From NCBI RefSeq assembly GCF_009914755.1, contig NC_060945.1: a stretch of 64,000 nt of DNA; one strand, given 5' to 3'. The translations under genes were made by a program, and so were the position numbers. The DNA comes from the human T2T-CHM13v2.0 reference genome, Homo sapiens. The number at the start of each line of letters is the position of its first letter. Position 1 is the first letter of the stretch. Under the pieces are notes generated by a model that did not search any database, was not told the origin of the DNA, and was given only the letters and a program-made list of their open reading frames with translations. Shown in pieces: positions 1-14,519 of the stretch.

Positions 1-125
1 ACCTATATTTGACTTTGCTGGGCCTTGGACTGTTTATGAGACTTTAGCTATGGCTCACTGATCTGTGTTATCCCTTTATTTCTGGGCTTTCTGTTTGGTT
101 TTGAGCTCAGTTAGGTAATAGAATT

Positions 126-127
<2 letters not shown>

Positions 128-160
<33 letters not shown>

Positions 161-434
161 CAAGGTCTTGCTCTGTTGCTTAGGGTGGAGTGCAGTGGCA
201 CAATCATGGCTTACTGCAGCCTTGACCTCCTGGACTCAGGTGATCCTTCCACCTCAGCCTCCTGAGTAGCTAGGACTACAGACACCGGCTACCATGCCTG
301 ACTAATTTGTTTTTATTTTTTGGTAGAGACGAGTTCTCACTATGTTGCCCAGGCTGGTCTCAAACTCCTGGACTCAGGTGATCCTCTGCCTCCTGAAGGG
401 CTGGGATTACAGTCATGAGCCATCGCACCTGGCC
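128..434 (-). mobile_element. Alu SINE, old AluJ-like, with 30-nt poly(A) tail
   Basis: T-run at 128-157, then reverse-complement Alu body ending in ...cacctggcc; J-type 'ttactgcagccttgacctcctgg'. Confidence 0.93.
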
Positions 435-1246
435 TGTAACACAATTCTTGTGTTTCATTCTCTTTCTCTGGTGGCTGGATTTTGGGAATTTCACCAGATT
501 ATGCCCAAGTGGGATTCTCTTTTTTGCTTTTCAAATTATTATTATTATACTTGCTTGGTACTTATAGTTTACATTCTGGTCCCCAAATTGGTTTTTATTC
601 AGTTAAGGAGCATTTTCTTCTATTTGTTTGTTAAGTTTGTTTCTTCTTATCTTTCCCTGCCTTTTTTTCAGGAATGCCTGATATTCAATACTCAATAGTC
701 AATATTCTCACAGTAGCTGATATTCTCGAAGCTGTATTCCTGTCTCTTATATTTTTATTTATGATTTTCACTTCACTGAATTTTTGCTCCATGTTCTGAG
801 ACAGTTTCTCTTTGATCATTCAGATCAGATTGTTTATGGGTACCATCAGGAGATGGGTTAAGGCTGAAGGATGGATGGAACTCTGCATTTTTCATGCTCA
901 TTGTTCAGGGATGGTTTACATCTGGATGGCAACAGGATCCCAAATCCCTTGTTGGGGATGCTACTTTGGTAAGGGTGCAGCTTCATACTCTGAGTCTGAC
1001 CCCAGATGGCATTTCCAATCTGATGGATCCCAGGATGAATTTAGCTTCTAGAGGCAGTAGCAGTACGGACGGTTTTGAAGTTGAGTTTATCCTTTGACCC
1101 TCTTGGTTATTTGTTGGACTCAGTTCTCTCTGCTGCTTAAAGGACCCCCATTTGCTCATCACCCTGCAGCCTGTTCTGGTTATTGTCACTGTTTGTCTCT
1201 GGGTCAACTTCCTCACAAGCCTGTGAGTTCCATCCACCTTTGCACC

Positions 1247-2072
<826 letters not shown>

Positions 2073-2079
2073 CACTCCT

Positions 2080-2140
2080 AGAGCTTAATGTAGGCCTGGC
2101 TTATAGTAGGTGCCCAGTAAATGTTGAGGGCCTGATTGAA
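2080..2140 (+). mobile_element. L2 3' end fragment
   Basis: 'cctggcttatagtaggtgcccagtaaatgttg' resembles the L2 3' terminus. Confidence 0.6.
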
Positions 2141-2212
2141 GCTTTCCCAAATGTATTCTCTTTCCCCATTTTGATTTTCAAGCAAATTGTGATGCCTAGG
2201 ATGGCATCACAC

Positions 2213-2520
2213 TTTTTCTTTTTCTTTTATTTATTTTTACACAGGGTCTCACTCTGTTGCCCAGGCTGTAGTGCAGTGATATAATCTCAGCTCGCTGCAA
2301 CCTCTGTCTCTCAGGCTCAAGCGATTCTCCCACCTTGGCTTCCTGAGTAGCTGAGACTACAAGAGCACACCCTCCACACCCAGCTAATTTTTAAACTTTT
2401 TGTAGAAACAGGGTTTCAATATGTTGCCCGTCCTGGTCTTGAACACCTGGGCTCGAGATATCCATCTACCTTGGCCTCCCAAAATGTTGAGATTACAGGC
2501 GTGAGCCACTGTGCCCAGCC
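2213..2520 (-). mobile_element. Alu (AluJb-like)
   Basis: Full dimeric reverse Alu with a T-rich tail. Confidence 0.92.
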
Positions 2521-3192
2521 CAAATTTTTTCTTATGCTAAATTAAGAACTATTACTATCTCTTATTGCCTATTTTCAGTTTATCCTTAGCCAGTCATTTT
2601 TTGCAAGCAATTCTATAGTGTGTGGATACATGGTCTTTAGTTTTTCTTCTATTTCATGGTGAAGAGATGAGCTCTATGCCTGTGGTCAGTTTCAGCTGAT
2701 AGTCTCTGTGGCAAGGCCACTGAATTTTTCACAACAGGCCTGTGTGTGTTTCTCTATGGGGATTTGAATTGTATTATAGCATGCTGGATTTACCTTCTTG
2801 GGAATTTAGTTTCTTTTTTATTTCTAAACATGTTTTCTCCATTTCATTGTATTTATTCTTGTGCTCTGCCTTAAGCTCTGACAAATTTGAATTTTTCAAA
2901 AGCACAGAGAAATGCTTTATGTCAGTTATTTGCAGGTGTTCTTCTAGTTTATAATAATAACAAAAAGATGGAATTAAACATCTTTTCCTTTGGCTATTCC
3001 ATTCTTTTGCATTCTTCATTTTTGTATTTTGCTTTGTCTCCTCATTGAATTTTTGATCTCTGAAATAGCAATTTAAAATAACTATCCAATGGTGTATGTA
3101 CCCACAACAGTTTCTTGCCAAGCATGCAGAATGAATGGATTCCTTATTCACATGTTAAATGCCTACATAGCAGAGTCTATGTATAGCACTGA

Positions 3193-3695
<503 letters not shown>

Positions 3696-5517
3696 ATGAC
3701 TCACATTTTCTATGCTCTGGTTGTTTTCTGGCTTGTAAACATGGCTTTTGCCTGCTGAGAACACTTTTCCTCCCCTGCTCACTGGGAAGCCTTCCTGAAC
3801 CCAAACTAGCCTAGGTCCTCTTCAAGCTCTCTTCAGGAGCTTCCAAAAATCCTTGCTCCTTCTCCTGAGCATGTACTTGTTTGCAAGTGATTGTTGATAT
3901 GTCTCTTCCTTACTTTTGGCTAAGGGTTCTTTCTGTGCCGTGGACCATCCTAGGCAGCTGATGAAGTCTATGGATCTTTTGCCAGAGTTATGTTTTAAAT
4001 GCATAAAATAAAACACACTGGGTTCTAGTTCAGGGCAAGTTGGAGTAAGCACACTCCACCCTGACTCCCGGTGAATGTTGCTATAAAACCCATACAAGAA
4101 TGTATGGAATAGCTACTTAAAGACTCTGAAAAGCAAAGGGTAGCCAGCAAATTGGTAAAGAAGACAGAACTCAAGTACCGCTGAACTGGTGGTGAGTTAC
4201 CATTTTTCCCCCCTCCAGAATCACCTGGTCTGGATTCAGTGCAGTCTGAAAACCCAGAAGTGGGCACTGGTGCAGACAGAGAGCCCCAGAGGAGCCCCCT
4301 AGTCTGGCTTGAAGGAGCAGAAAGGAAGTCTCCTAATACTTAGAAGGAGTGAAGAAACCCCCTGTTTTGTTTTGCTTTTTCTTTTCTTCATTCTCTTGTG
4401 TCCCAGCGCCCAGGCACTCCTGTGGTAGTAGGGGCACAAGAGCTCACAGGAGCCCAAAACTCTGAGGCAGGAGAATCTTTCCTGAATCAGAGGAGCTGCT
4501 GTCCCAAGAGAGTGAAGAAAATCCCTAATGCTTTTTTTCCCCACTCTGTTATCCTACTGCTTTTCCCTGGACACAGATACAGTTGTGGGAAGTATATAGC
4601 AGAACAGGCTAAGTAAAGCCCCGGCTTTCTGGCCAGATGACCAAAAAATTGAGCTCCTGGGAACAGGAAAGTACTAGGAAGTGGGAAGAGCTGGGAAAAG
4701 CAACCCTATAAAGTTGTTTATGAACTTCTAGACTTACCCCTGGGATATACACGAATAGAACTTACCCTAAATAACATAGACAGACTAAGAGAACTGAACT
4801 ACAAAATAAACCATTGCCCAGGTCTCAGACTGGTCACTGGATAATGTACATATACAAAGGGATAGATCTGAAGTATTGGAAAACAGAACTGATATTGGAA
4901 CCATAATCCATAGAAGACCAGTGGGACTTGTGACCTGAACTCAGCCAGATCGATTTCCTACTTTAAAAACAAGCAAAACAAAACAATATTCTCTATAGGA
5001 TTTAGATAAGATCTAGAGTCTTATAATCATCAAAATATCCAGGATACAATCAATAATTACTCAACACATATGAAGACTTGGTAAAATTTCAACTAGTATG
5101 GAAAACGACAATCAACACGCCAATGCTGAGATGACACAGAATTTAAAGCAGCTATTATAAAATACTTGAACATATAAGGGCAGACATTCTTGAAATAAAT
5201 AAAAAAAAGTCTTAGAAAAGAGATAGAAGATATAAAGCAGAACCAAAAGGGAATTTCAGAAATGAAAAATACTATAACTGAAATAAAAATCTCACTGGAT
5301 GGACTCAATGGCAGAATGAAGACAACAAAGAAGAGTGAGTGAATTTCGATATAGATCAATAGAAATTATGAAACCTGAACAATATGGAGAAAACAGATAG
5401 AAAAATAAAAGAGAACCAAGCTTTATGAACCCGCCTGGAAATACCAAAAGTCTAACACTGTTGTAATAGCATTCGTAGAAAGAAATGAGAAAATATGTGG
5501 TACCTTAAAAAAATTCA

Positions 5518-5857
<340 letters not shown>

Positions 5858-8476
5858 CGGCTGAAAGTTTCTCAAATTTGGAGAAAAACAGAAACTTACA
5901 GAGTCAAGAATCCCAGGAAATCTCAAATAGAATAAACCCAAAGAAATCCATGCCCAAACACATTCTTATTAACTGCTGCAAACTAAAGAAAACATATTTC
6001 CAGAAGCCAGAGAAAAACAGCACATTACTTATAGGGCAACATAATTCAAATAGCAACAGATTTTACAGAAGGAAATAGAACATTTTTTAAGTGCTAGAAG
6101 AAAAGAACTGTCAAACTACAATTCTATATTCAGTAAAAATATCCTTCAGGAATGAAGATAAAATAAAGACATTCCCAGGTGAAGAAAAATGAAGACTTCG
6201 TTGTCACCACACTATTGTTACAGGAAGTTCTTCAGGCAGATGGGAAATGACACCAGAAGAAGATATGAAGAGCAACAAAAATGACAGATAACTGGGCAAA
6301 CATAATAGACTGTTCTTCTTCTCTTGAGTTCTTTAAAATATATTTGATGGTAGAAAGCAAAAATTATAACATCGTCTAGTGGGGTTTTCAATGTATGTTG
6401 ATATAACAAATAAGACAACCACAACATAAAGGAGGATGGGTAAAGAAACCCATATATGGTGGTAATATATCACTTGAAGTGGTAAAATATACACTGACTG
6501 TAAAAAGTTAAGAATATATATTTTAATCCCTAGAGCAACTACTTAGAAATTACACAAAGGGATAGTCAACAAAAATGCAATAGGTAAAATAGATAACTAA
6601 CAAATGTTTAACCAAAAAGAAAGCAAACAAAGGGAAAACATAGAAACTGAAAATACAGAGACAAACAGTAAACAAACAATAAAATGATAGGCTTAAATAA
6701 AAACATCAGTAATTACATTAAATGTAAATGGATCAAACATACTAATTAAAAGATAGATTTTTAGAATGGATTTCAAAAAATGACTCAATTATATACTGTC
6801 TATAAGTATATAATTAATACAAGTGTTTCAGTTGTACTCACTTCAAGTATAATGACATAAGTGGGCTAAAAGTAAAGCAATATATATTCAAAAGATGTAT
6901 ATTATTAATGAGAATGAAGGTAGAGTGTCTATAGTAATATCAGACAAAGTGGACTTCAGAGCAAAGAAAATTACCAGGGATAAAAAGGGGCAATACCTAA
7001 TACATTTCATCAAGAGGACACAACAATCCTAAATCTGTATGTATCAAACAGCAAAGCTTGAAGGTACATGAAGGAAAAACTCACAGAACTGAGATAAGAA
7101 ATACACAAATTCATAATTATAGTTGGAAACTTCAACATTCCTCTCTCAGTGATCAATGGAACTTAGTAAACAGAAAGTCAGCAAGTGTATAGTATAGAAA
7201 ATGGAACTAAATGATAAACAATTGTTTCTAACTGACATAGAATACTCCACTCAGTAACAGCAGAATACACATTTTTCTCAATTTCACATGGAACTTTCAC
7301 CAAGATAGACCATATCTGGGGATATAAAACAAATTTGTCACACATTTAAAGAATCAAAATCATACAAAGTATGAAAAACAGAATGATAAGAAAATTTACA
7401 AACCCTTAGAAATTAAACAACACACTTGTACATAATCTGTAGGTCAAAGAGGAAGTCTCAGGGAAGTTAGAAAATATTTTGAACTGAATGAATATAAAAA
7501 TATATCAAAATTTGTGGGATGCAGTTAAAGCAGTGGTTAGATGGAAATTTCATCATTACGATGAATTTGTATTAGAAAAGAGAAGAGTATCAAACCAGTA
7601 ATCTAAGCTGCTTCCACAAGAAATTAGAAAAAGAAGAGCAAAATAAACTCAAAATAAGCAAAGGAAGGAAGTAATAAAAATAAGTACATAAATTTAAAAA
7701 ATGAAAACAATTTCAAAAACAATACAGAAAAATAATGAGGAGTTCAATAAACCTCTGGTGAGACTGGCAGAGGGAAAGATAGAACATGAATTACTGATAT
7801 CAGGAATGAAAAAAGGGTTATCACTACACACCCTGCTCATAAATTTGACCATTTAGATAAAACGGATGAATTCTGCAAAAGACACAAATTACCAAAATTC
7901 ACCCAAGATGACATGTAGATAACTTGAATAGCACTATTAGTATTTTAAAAATTGAGCTTGTATTTTAAAACCTTCTATAAAAGGATTCTTCAGGCCAAGA
8001 TTCTAGCACACACCATATAGCATATGCTACCAAATATTTAAACAAGAAATATGATAAATTCTACCAAATATTTTCTAGACATAAAATGAACTGTACACAA
8101 TCTCTTCCAGAAAATAGAAGAGGAGGGAGCACTTCTCAACTCATTTTATAAGGCCAACATTACCCTGGTACTGGAACCAGACAGATGGTACAAAAAGTAC
8201 AAAACACTATCCCTCATGAACATATATGCAAAAATTCTCAACAAAATATTAGCAAATATCCATTAATACATAAGTATACAAAGAGATAGTCAATAATATT
8301 GACTATTAGGGAAATGCCAGCTAAAACTCTGATGAGATATAACCTATGGAGTGAGACACACCTATTGAATGGCAAAAATAAAAAATACTGACAATACTAA
8401 GTGCTCACAATCATGCAAAGCAACTGGATCTCTCATACACTGCCAATGGGAATGCAAAATTGCACAGCTACTCTAG

Positions 8477-8670
8477 GATCGTCCTGCTTCAGCCTTCTGA
8501 GTAGCTAGGACTACAGGTGGGCACCACCATGCTTGGCTAATTTTTAGTATTTTTTGGAGAGACAGGGTCCAGGTTGCCTGGGCTGGTCTTGAACTCCTGG
8601 CCTCAAGCTGTCCTCCTGCCTCAGTCTTCCAAAGTGCTGGGATTACAGGTGTGAGCTATTGTGGCTGGCC
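8477..8670 (-). mobile_element. 3'-truncated (tailless) AluJ-like fragment inside L1
   Basis: Left arm and part of the right arm are present; no poly(A). Confidence 0.85.
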
Positions 8671-9199
8671 CTACTTTGCAGTTTCTTATAAAGCTACACA
8701 CACAATTGACATATGACTCAGCAATCCCAAGTGAACTGAAAACTTGTATTCATGCAAAGACCTATGCATGAATGTTTATAGCAGCTGTATTCATTATCAC
8801 TAATAAGAGAAAACAACCCAATGTCTTTCAGTGGGTCAATGGGTAAATAAACTGTGGTGCGTTTCTACAATGGAATACTACTCAATTTAGCAATAAAAAG
8901 GAATGAACTATTGACACACCCAACAACTTGGATGAATCTCAAAGACATTATGCTGAGTAAAAGGAGCCAATCTCAAAAGTTCTACATACTGAATGATATA
9001 CTTTACTCTCAAAAAGGTGAAACACGTGACAGAGAAGAAATCAATGATTTCTAGGAGTGAGAGTTTAGTGAAGACAATGCTGTAATTTCTTCCCATCTAA
9101 ATTCCTTAGACCTCTGCGTTCTAATTATGAACCACTTGGAGGGAGGGTCTATGTGTCCCAAGTAAAAAGCCTGCTCTATGCTATATGCCTTGTAGGAAT

Positions 9200-9302
9200 T
9201 GTATCTTTTTTGTTCATTCTTCTATGTCCCATGCCTAGCAGAGTAAACTGGCATAGATTGGGCACTCAGTTATTCGGTGAACAAAATAAATGAATGAACA
9301 AA
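9200..9302 (+). mobile_element. L2 3' end fragment
   Basis: 'catgcctagcagagtaaactggcatag...aataaatgaatgaac'. Confidence 0.65.
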
Positions 9303-10729
9303 CTATGAAATGGTTTCAACATCCAACAATGCATTGAGAGCCTCTAAAAACTTTAAGAAAAATGGACACATTTTGTTTAACCGAACACGTGATCATTGTT
9401 GATAATTGTGGGCTGCACTCTCTCTAATGACTCTCCTAACTGTACGCTTCTGTTTGGGCTACTGACCAGGTTTTGTCTTGTGTGAGTCTACCTGCACCAT
9501 TTCTGAGCATTTCTCCTGCTTCTGTCCTGTAGAAGCAAAACAATTAGATACACGAATCCCTTCTCCAGAATTATGCAGCTACTGTCAACCAAAAATGGTG
9601 GATAACTGCCAATGACGTACATGTTGGAATTAGTGTTTGAGATTTATCAGACACTAACATATGACAGGACTTGGGCGGTGCTGAGATAATAATGAGGCCT
9701 TGCAAATGGGCATCACTCAGCATTGCAGGGAGTCCAGGGTGAGGGGCAGGACTGGACTAGCTCAACAGAGTACTTGGCATGAGGGGGCAACATGGGAAAT
9801 GTATAGGGACTCGAAAACTATAGTTGGTATTAGAGCCAGAGGCCCTTTGTCTCATCCCTCACCAGGAGTAGGGGCCCTTAGAGTACTGTCACCAGAAGGT
9901 TCTGGGAAAGTTGTAGAGACCGAATGAGTTGCTACACTACTGACCCTGCCATGTGCCAGCAATCTCCTTGATGGTCTCTGGGCAGTCTGTTTCACAGACC
10001 TGAAAAAAAGATTGAGAAAGCCTATGATATCTTATTTCATCAAGTCCGGTCTACAATGGCTTGATAGTAAGACCAGCCATTATTTTATATACCAATAGGA
10101 GAGGAAAAACACTGCCAACACACTGTGACAGATGCCTTTAATGACAGTCCTGAATGACATATGAATCAATGACATCAGATTCCTTTTAAGTTAATCTTCA
10201 TCTCTTCTAGAGATTTGGCAATGAAACAAGTAACTCGGCAATAGAAAGTAACACAGCTTGTCCGACTGGTGGGTATCTTCCTTTGCGAGGTTTCTGGTGC
10301 ACTTGATTGTTTCTTTGCAAGAAAATATGGACTCCTGATCATTCTTTCTGTGATAAATGTCGTTCACTAATACCACCTTTGCATCCTACTGCTTGGTTTC
10401 TGTACCTTTCTGACTACAAAATAGCTTGTTATTTCAGTGCTGAATCGTAGTGAAATTTCTTTGGGGAGATTCCTACACAGTAGTTAAACTCTGAGGTTAA
10501 GCTAACAAATGCACAGATCTCAATCAAAGTGATAACAATGTGAACAGCTACAGCTGGGTGGATGCACATGGCCGATGGCTTTTGAAAGATACTCCTGATT
10601 AAGATGTATCTGGATCTCAGCAATGTTAGCCTGTGAAAAACTGTGCCTCTTAAAATCTGTGGAATACAGTAATTCTGTCCAATTCAGTAATTTGGGAGGG
10701 AGAGTTCTTCTGCACTTATGACATGTTTC

Positions 10730-10910
10730 GTGAACATCCTTTGTCTGCTGGGGAATGTTCTAGGGCTTCAGTGGGAAACAGGCTGACTCCCCTGCCCACA
10801 TGGAGCTCACACTGAGTAAGGAGAACAGACAATAAGGGAATAAACAGAACAATGTTCATGTTATTTTAAGTGCAAGGAAGGAAATAAACAGGAGGCTGAG
10901 ATGGAGCCTC
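10730..10910 (-). mobile_element. L2 fragment
   Basis: 'cccctgcccacatggagctcacactgagtaaggagaacagacaataa' is typical antisense L2. Confidence 0.65.
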
Positions 10911-11016
10911 ACAGTGGGACGGGTACAGGATGTACATGAGCATTTGTGATGAGCCTTCTGATTTCCAACTAAGTCAACACTTGGATTTTTGTCTCTAAGA
11001 GTCACTGGCAGCCTGC

Positions 11017-11128
11017 AGGGCGATCACCTGTCCCTAGGTTTGCCCAGAACTGAGGGGTTTCACGGGATATGAGCCTTGAACTCCTATAATGGGCAGACCC
11101 AAGCATACTAGTACAGTTCGTCCCCCTA
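11017..11128. mobile_element. hAT-Blackjack MITE (MER81-like)
   Basis: 'agggcgatcacctgtccctaggtttgcccagaactgaggggtttc' with a degenerate matching right end 'ttcgtcccccta'. Confidence 0.6.
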
Positions 11129-12014
11129 TGGAGATTCTAACTCAAGTTTCCTTGTAGTTTAATATTTTTATTACTATTTCCATGTCTAATGAAGTTTGAT
11201 ACTTAACCATCCACTGTGGCTTTTATTATCTTTCACTCCCATCTCTCTTATTTTCATAAAAAGAGATTAATTCTATAGTACAACTAAAGTCTTATAATTC
11301 TTAAATGCAGTCACTCAACACCACCAGTTAAACACCTACTTAAAGTCCTTCGGGGCCTCAATGATAGGTCAGGGTATCTCTCAGGGGTAAGAAATGTCTA
11401 TCGACAGCTAGAAGATCAGGTAGTGGCACAACCAAGCGTCCACCAAAGCCTCCAGCTGGGAGAAGGTGGGTGGTTGCTAAGCAGGGATGAGGGCAGGGCG
11501 AGCTGCTTTGTTTTTCTAATTTTATTTTGTTTTGGATGAACAATTCCAACCAAAGGCTTTGAAGAAGAGCAATTTTCTTTGCCTTTGAAATGAGTTAAAG
11601 GCAAAACAACTCCATCCTTTCATGTTAGGAATCATTTTGGTAAAGTAGTGCGGCTTTCTGTTTTTTTTTTTAACTAAAAGACAAGCTGAACTCTGGATTG
11701 CAAATGCTTTCATGGCTATTAGAAGTATAGTTTGTTTGTTTTTTCTCTTTAAAACAATGAAATGCAAATTCTTGGCTTTCTCTTCAAGCAAGGAGCGGCG
11801 AGGGGAAGCCACTCTGGAGGCTGGATGCAGATGTGTTGTTGTCAGTGACACTACAATACTTACTAGTTTTTGCAAAGTCCCAGTGAACTTCATGTTCGTT
11901 CCCTGCCTTTTTAGTCTCAAGGTTGATGTGTAACAATGCCTGTGCCCACTGTAATATTCCAAAACTACCATGTCCTTTCCATTCTTTCCCCCGACCCCAT
12001 TGTGTTTCATTTTC

Positions 12015-12188
12015 TTTTTCTTTTTTTAAAATTTAATTTAACTGAATTTTAAGTACAGGGCTTGCAGATTTGTTACATAGGTAAATGTGTGTCATGGTGG
12101 TTTATTGCACCTATCAACCCATCACCTAAGTATTAAGCCCCACATGCATTAGCTATTTATCCTAATGCTCTCCCTCCCCCCACCCCGC
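12015..12188 (-). mobile_element. Severely 5'-truncated primate L1PA 3' end (about 170 bp) with TSD
   Basis: 'tttgttacataggtaaatgtgtgtcatggtggttt...cacctaagtattaagccc'; TSD tgtgtttcattttc at 12001-12014 and 12189-12202. Confidence 0.9.
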
Positions 12189-12915
12189 TGTGTTTCATTT
12201 TCCTCTCATATCTCGTGACCACATAATTCCTTCTTTAATGACAAATTGTATTGAATGAGGTGGCCAGTCTTAGAAGTGCTGTAATCTGAAAGAAAAAAAT
12301 GAAACTTTCCACTTCATCACTCTGGTATATTATTATTTTTAAAAAGATGCAAGTTGTCATATGAAAATGGAGGCATTAATTCCTTAACCTATTCCAAAAC
12401 TTTAGCTCATATTTGCCAAGAAAACAGAATGCGAATGGGAAGCCGTGTTTCTGCTTGAGGCAGTAGGAAGCAGGAGACCAAAAAGTCGTCTTAATGTTAA
12501 GCAAAACTTTGAATCAGCATTTAAATTAGATATGCTTTAACGGCTAATGTTATTTGAAAGCTGAATAGCCAATGTCAAAAATAGATTTCCCTTTCTTTCC
12601 AAAGTGCAGACGGGGTCCAGAAAGGGGCAAAAATAACCACATGCCTTTCTTGGACTCCTGACTCTTACCACCCAAAGGGTTTTCTTGTGTAGCAACCAAC
12701 AATTCCTTGGATGGAAACACTGGATAGGCTAGTCATTATTTTGAGATTGAAGGGACTGCAGATTCTTGGCAGACCTCTGTTGTTTTTCTAGAGTTGTAGG
12801 CAAGTAGTTGGACAAAAAGCAAGAAGCTGATCGATGTTGCTGGCTTTGGATTCTTTGTGAACAAATGAGACAAGGTGAGTAGCTGCCCTGCTCAACTCCC
12901 TCTTCGTTTTGGTGT

Positions 12916-12940
12916 GGGGCGGGGGTGGGGGTGGGGAGGG
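12916..12940 (+). other. Canonical G-quadruplex motif overlapping a GC box
   Basis: GGGG-C-GGGGG-T-GGGGG-T-GGGG-A-GGG: five G-tracts with 1-nt loops. Confidence 0.7.
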
Positions 12941-13502
12941 AAAGGTTCTGATGACTGCAATCCTGGTGTCGGATCTTGGTCTGTTGGAAAACAACGGGCT
13001 CGCCGGCCCCTGTAGGAAGACCTAGGCAATGTCTGCATGCTGCCTGTGCAGCCCATGGAGGGGTTAGAAATAGTAGGATTGCTTGTAGAGAGAGAACAAT
13101 CACTCAATTGTCAGATTTTTTTTTTTCACTTTTCATCCACACGCTGGGTGGCTTTGTAGCACAGTCGGAGATACTGTGTTGAGGAGCCTTTGCTCATGGC
13201 AATGTTTCCTCTGTTCACTTTCTGCTGCTTCTGCATTGGAAAATTCCGTCCTTTAACACTGGGATTATATGTCACCGTTGCTGAAATCATAGACAGAGTC
13301 CACTTAATTTGGTGCGAGCATGAGAAATAGCCAGAGAATGGGAGAAGCATAGCATTCCCTTGTATAAAGAGAGGATTGAATAAGGTCAGTGAACCAGAGA
13401 CAGCAGGTCACAAACCCTCAGAGGGTCATGAAAATGTTCCCTGGTTTCCTGCCTTTGGGAGCAAAACGGATGCCTGTTTAAATTTTTTAAAAAATTATTG
13501 AA

Positions 13503-13610
13503 GATTAGCCATGATACTTGTTTGAGCTGGGTGAGATATTTGAGGGCTCATTATACTAGTTTCTGTACTTTTGCACATTTTTGAAAATTTCAAATGATAA
13601 AACATTTTTT
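13503..13610 (+). mobile_element. Old L1M (L1ME/MC) 3' end fragment
   Basis: 'gagggctcattatactagtttctgtacttttgcacatttttgaaaatttc'. Confidence 0.65.
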
Positions 13611-14519
13611 ACGAAATATTTAAATACCTCCCTGCTTCATCTCAGAACGATTCCAGAGCCCCTGAGTGGGTCCCATGTACGCATGCGTGGCAGTAGGGGC
13701 TGCTCAACTGAGCATGCTCGTGATTTGGCCTCAGTCAATTTCACTGTGTGCTGAGCCCCCAACGATGCTAACCCCTGTGCGGTTTCAAATGGCCTTTATT
13801 CTTAGCCATATGTTCTTTGGCCCATATCCTAAATGGATCATTTGTTAAAGGCTAGAAACATTAGCAACACAGATGTTGAAATTCATGTTAATAATTCAGT
13901 AAATTGCCTCATGATAATCTTCACTTTATCTGAAGATGGCCTTTGTCTCGTCAAAGTCTGCCCCTGGACCTCAGAAACCCAGTGTTACAGAAAGAAAAGA
14001 CAGGGACAGTTATGTCTAATTTTGGTTTTCATTTATAGAGAACAAATGGTTGTAAAGAAGTGATTACAAATAGCAGCTAGCTGATATTTTAAGCACAAAA
14101 TATAAGAATTTCAGACATGAGGTCATGAAAGCAATTTTTGATGCCCCAATTCCTGGTTAATTTCAATTTTTATTTTAATCTGAGCACCCAACAGCTGACA
14201 CAAAATAACTCTTTTATTGACTTCCTCCTTGTATCTGGTGGCCCTGAAATGGTTATCATAAAATTTATTGTGTAGTCACTGTTTCCTAGCTCTTGTGGAC
14301 ACAGAAATGGTAGAAGTTTCTAGAAATGAGGCATGTAGGTACATTGTAAGGTTTATGGGTTTTAGCCACACACTCTTGAAACTTGGTGTTAATCTTCACA
14401 TTTGTTTAAAATTTTAAATATATTGATATTAAAGATTGTAGCTAACATGAAATTTATGTTGACAAAATAGAAAATATTTTGACTATCAGTTTCTACTTTT
14501 GCATACACACTATAGTAGA

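Noticed and set aside
11522-12010. 162-aa minus-strand ORF in repeat-poor DNA
   Set aside because: No recognisable homology and it includes homopolymer-derived residues; consistent with chance.
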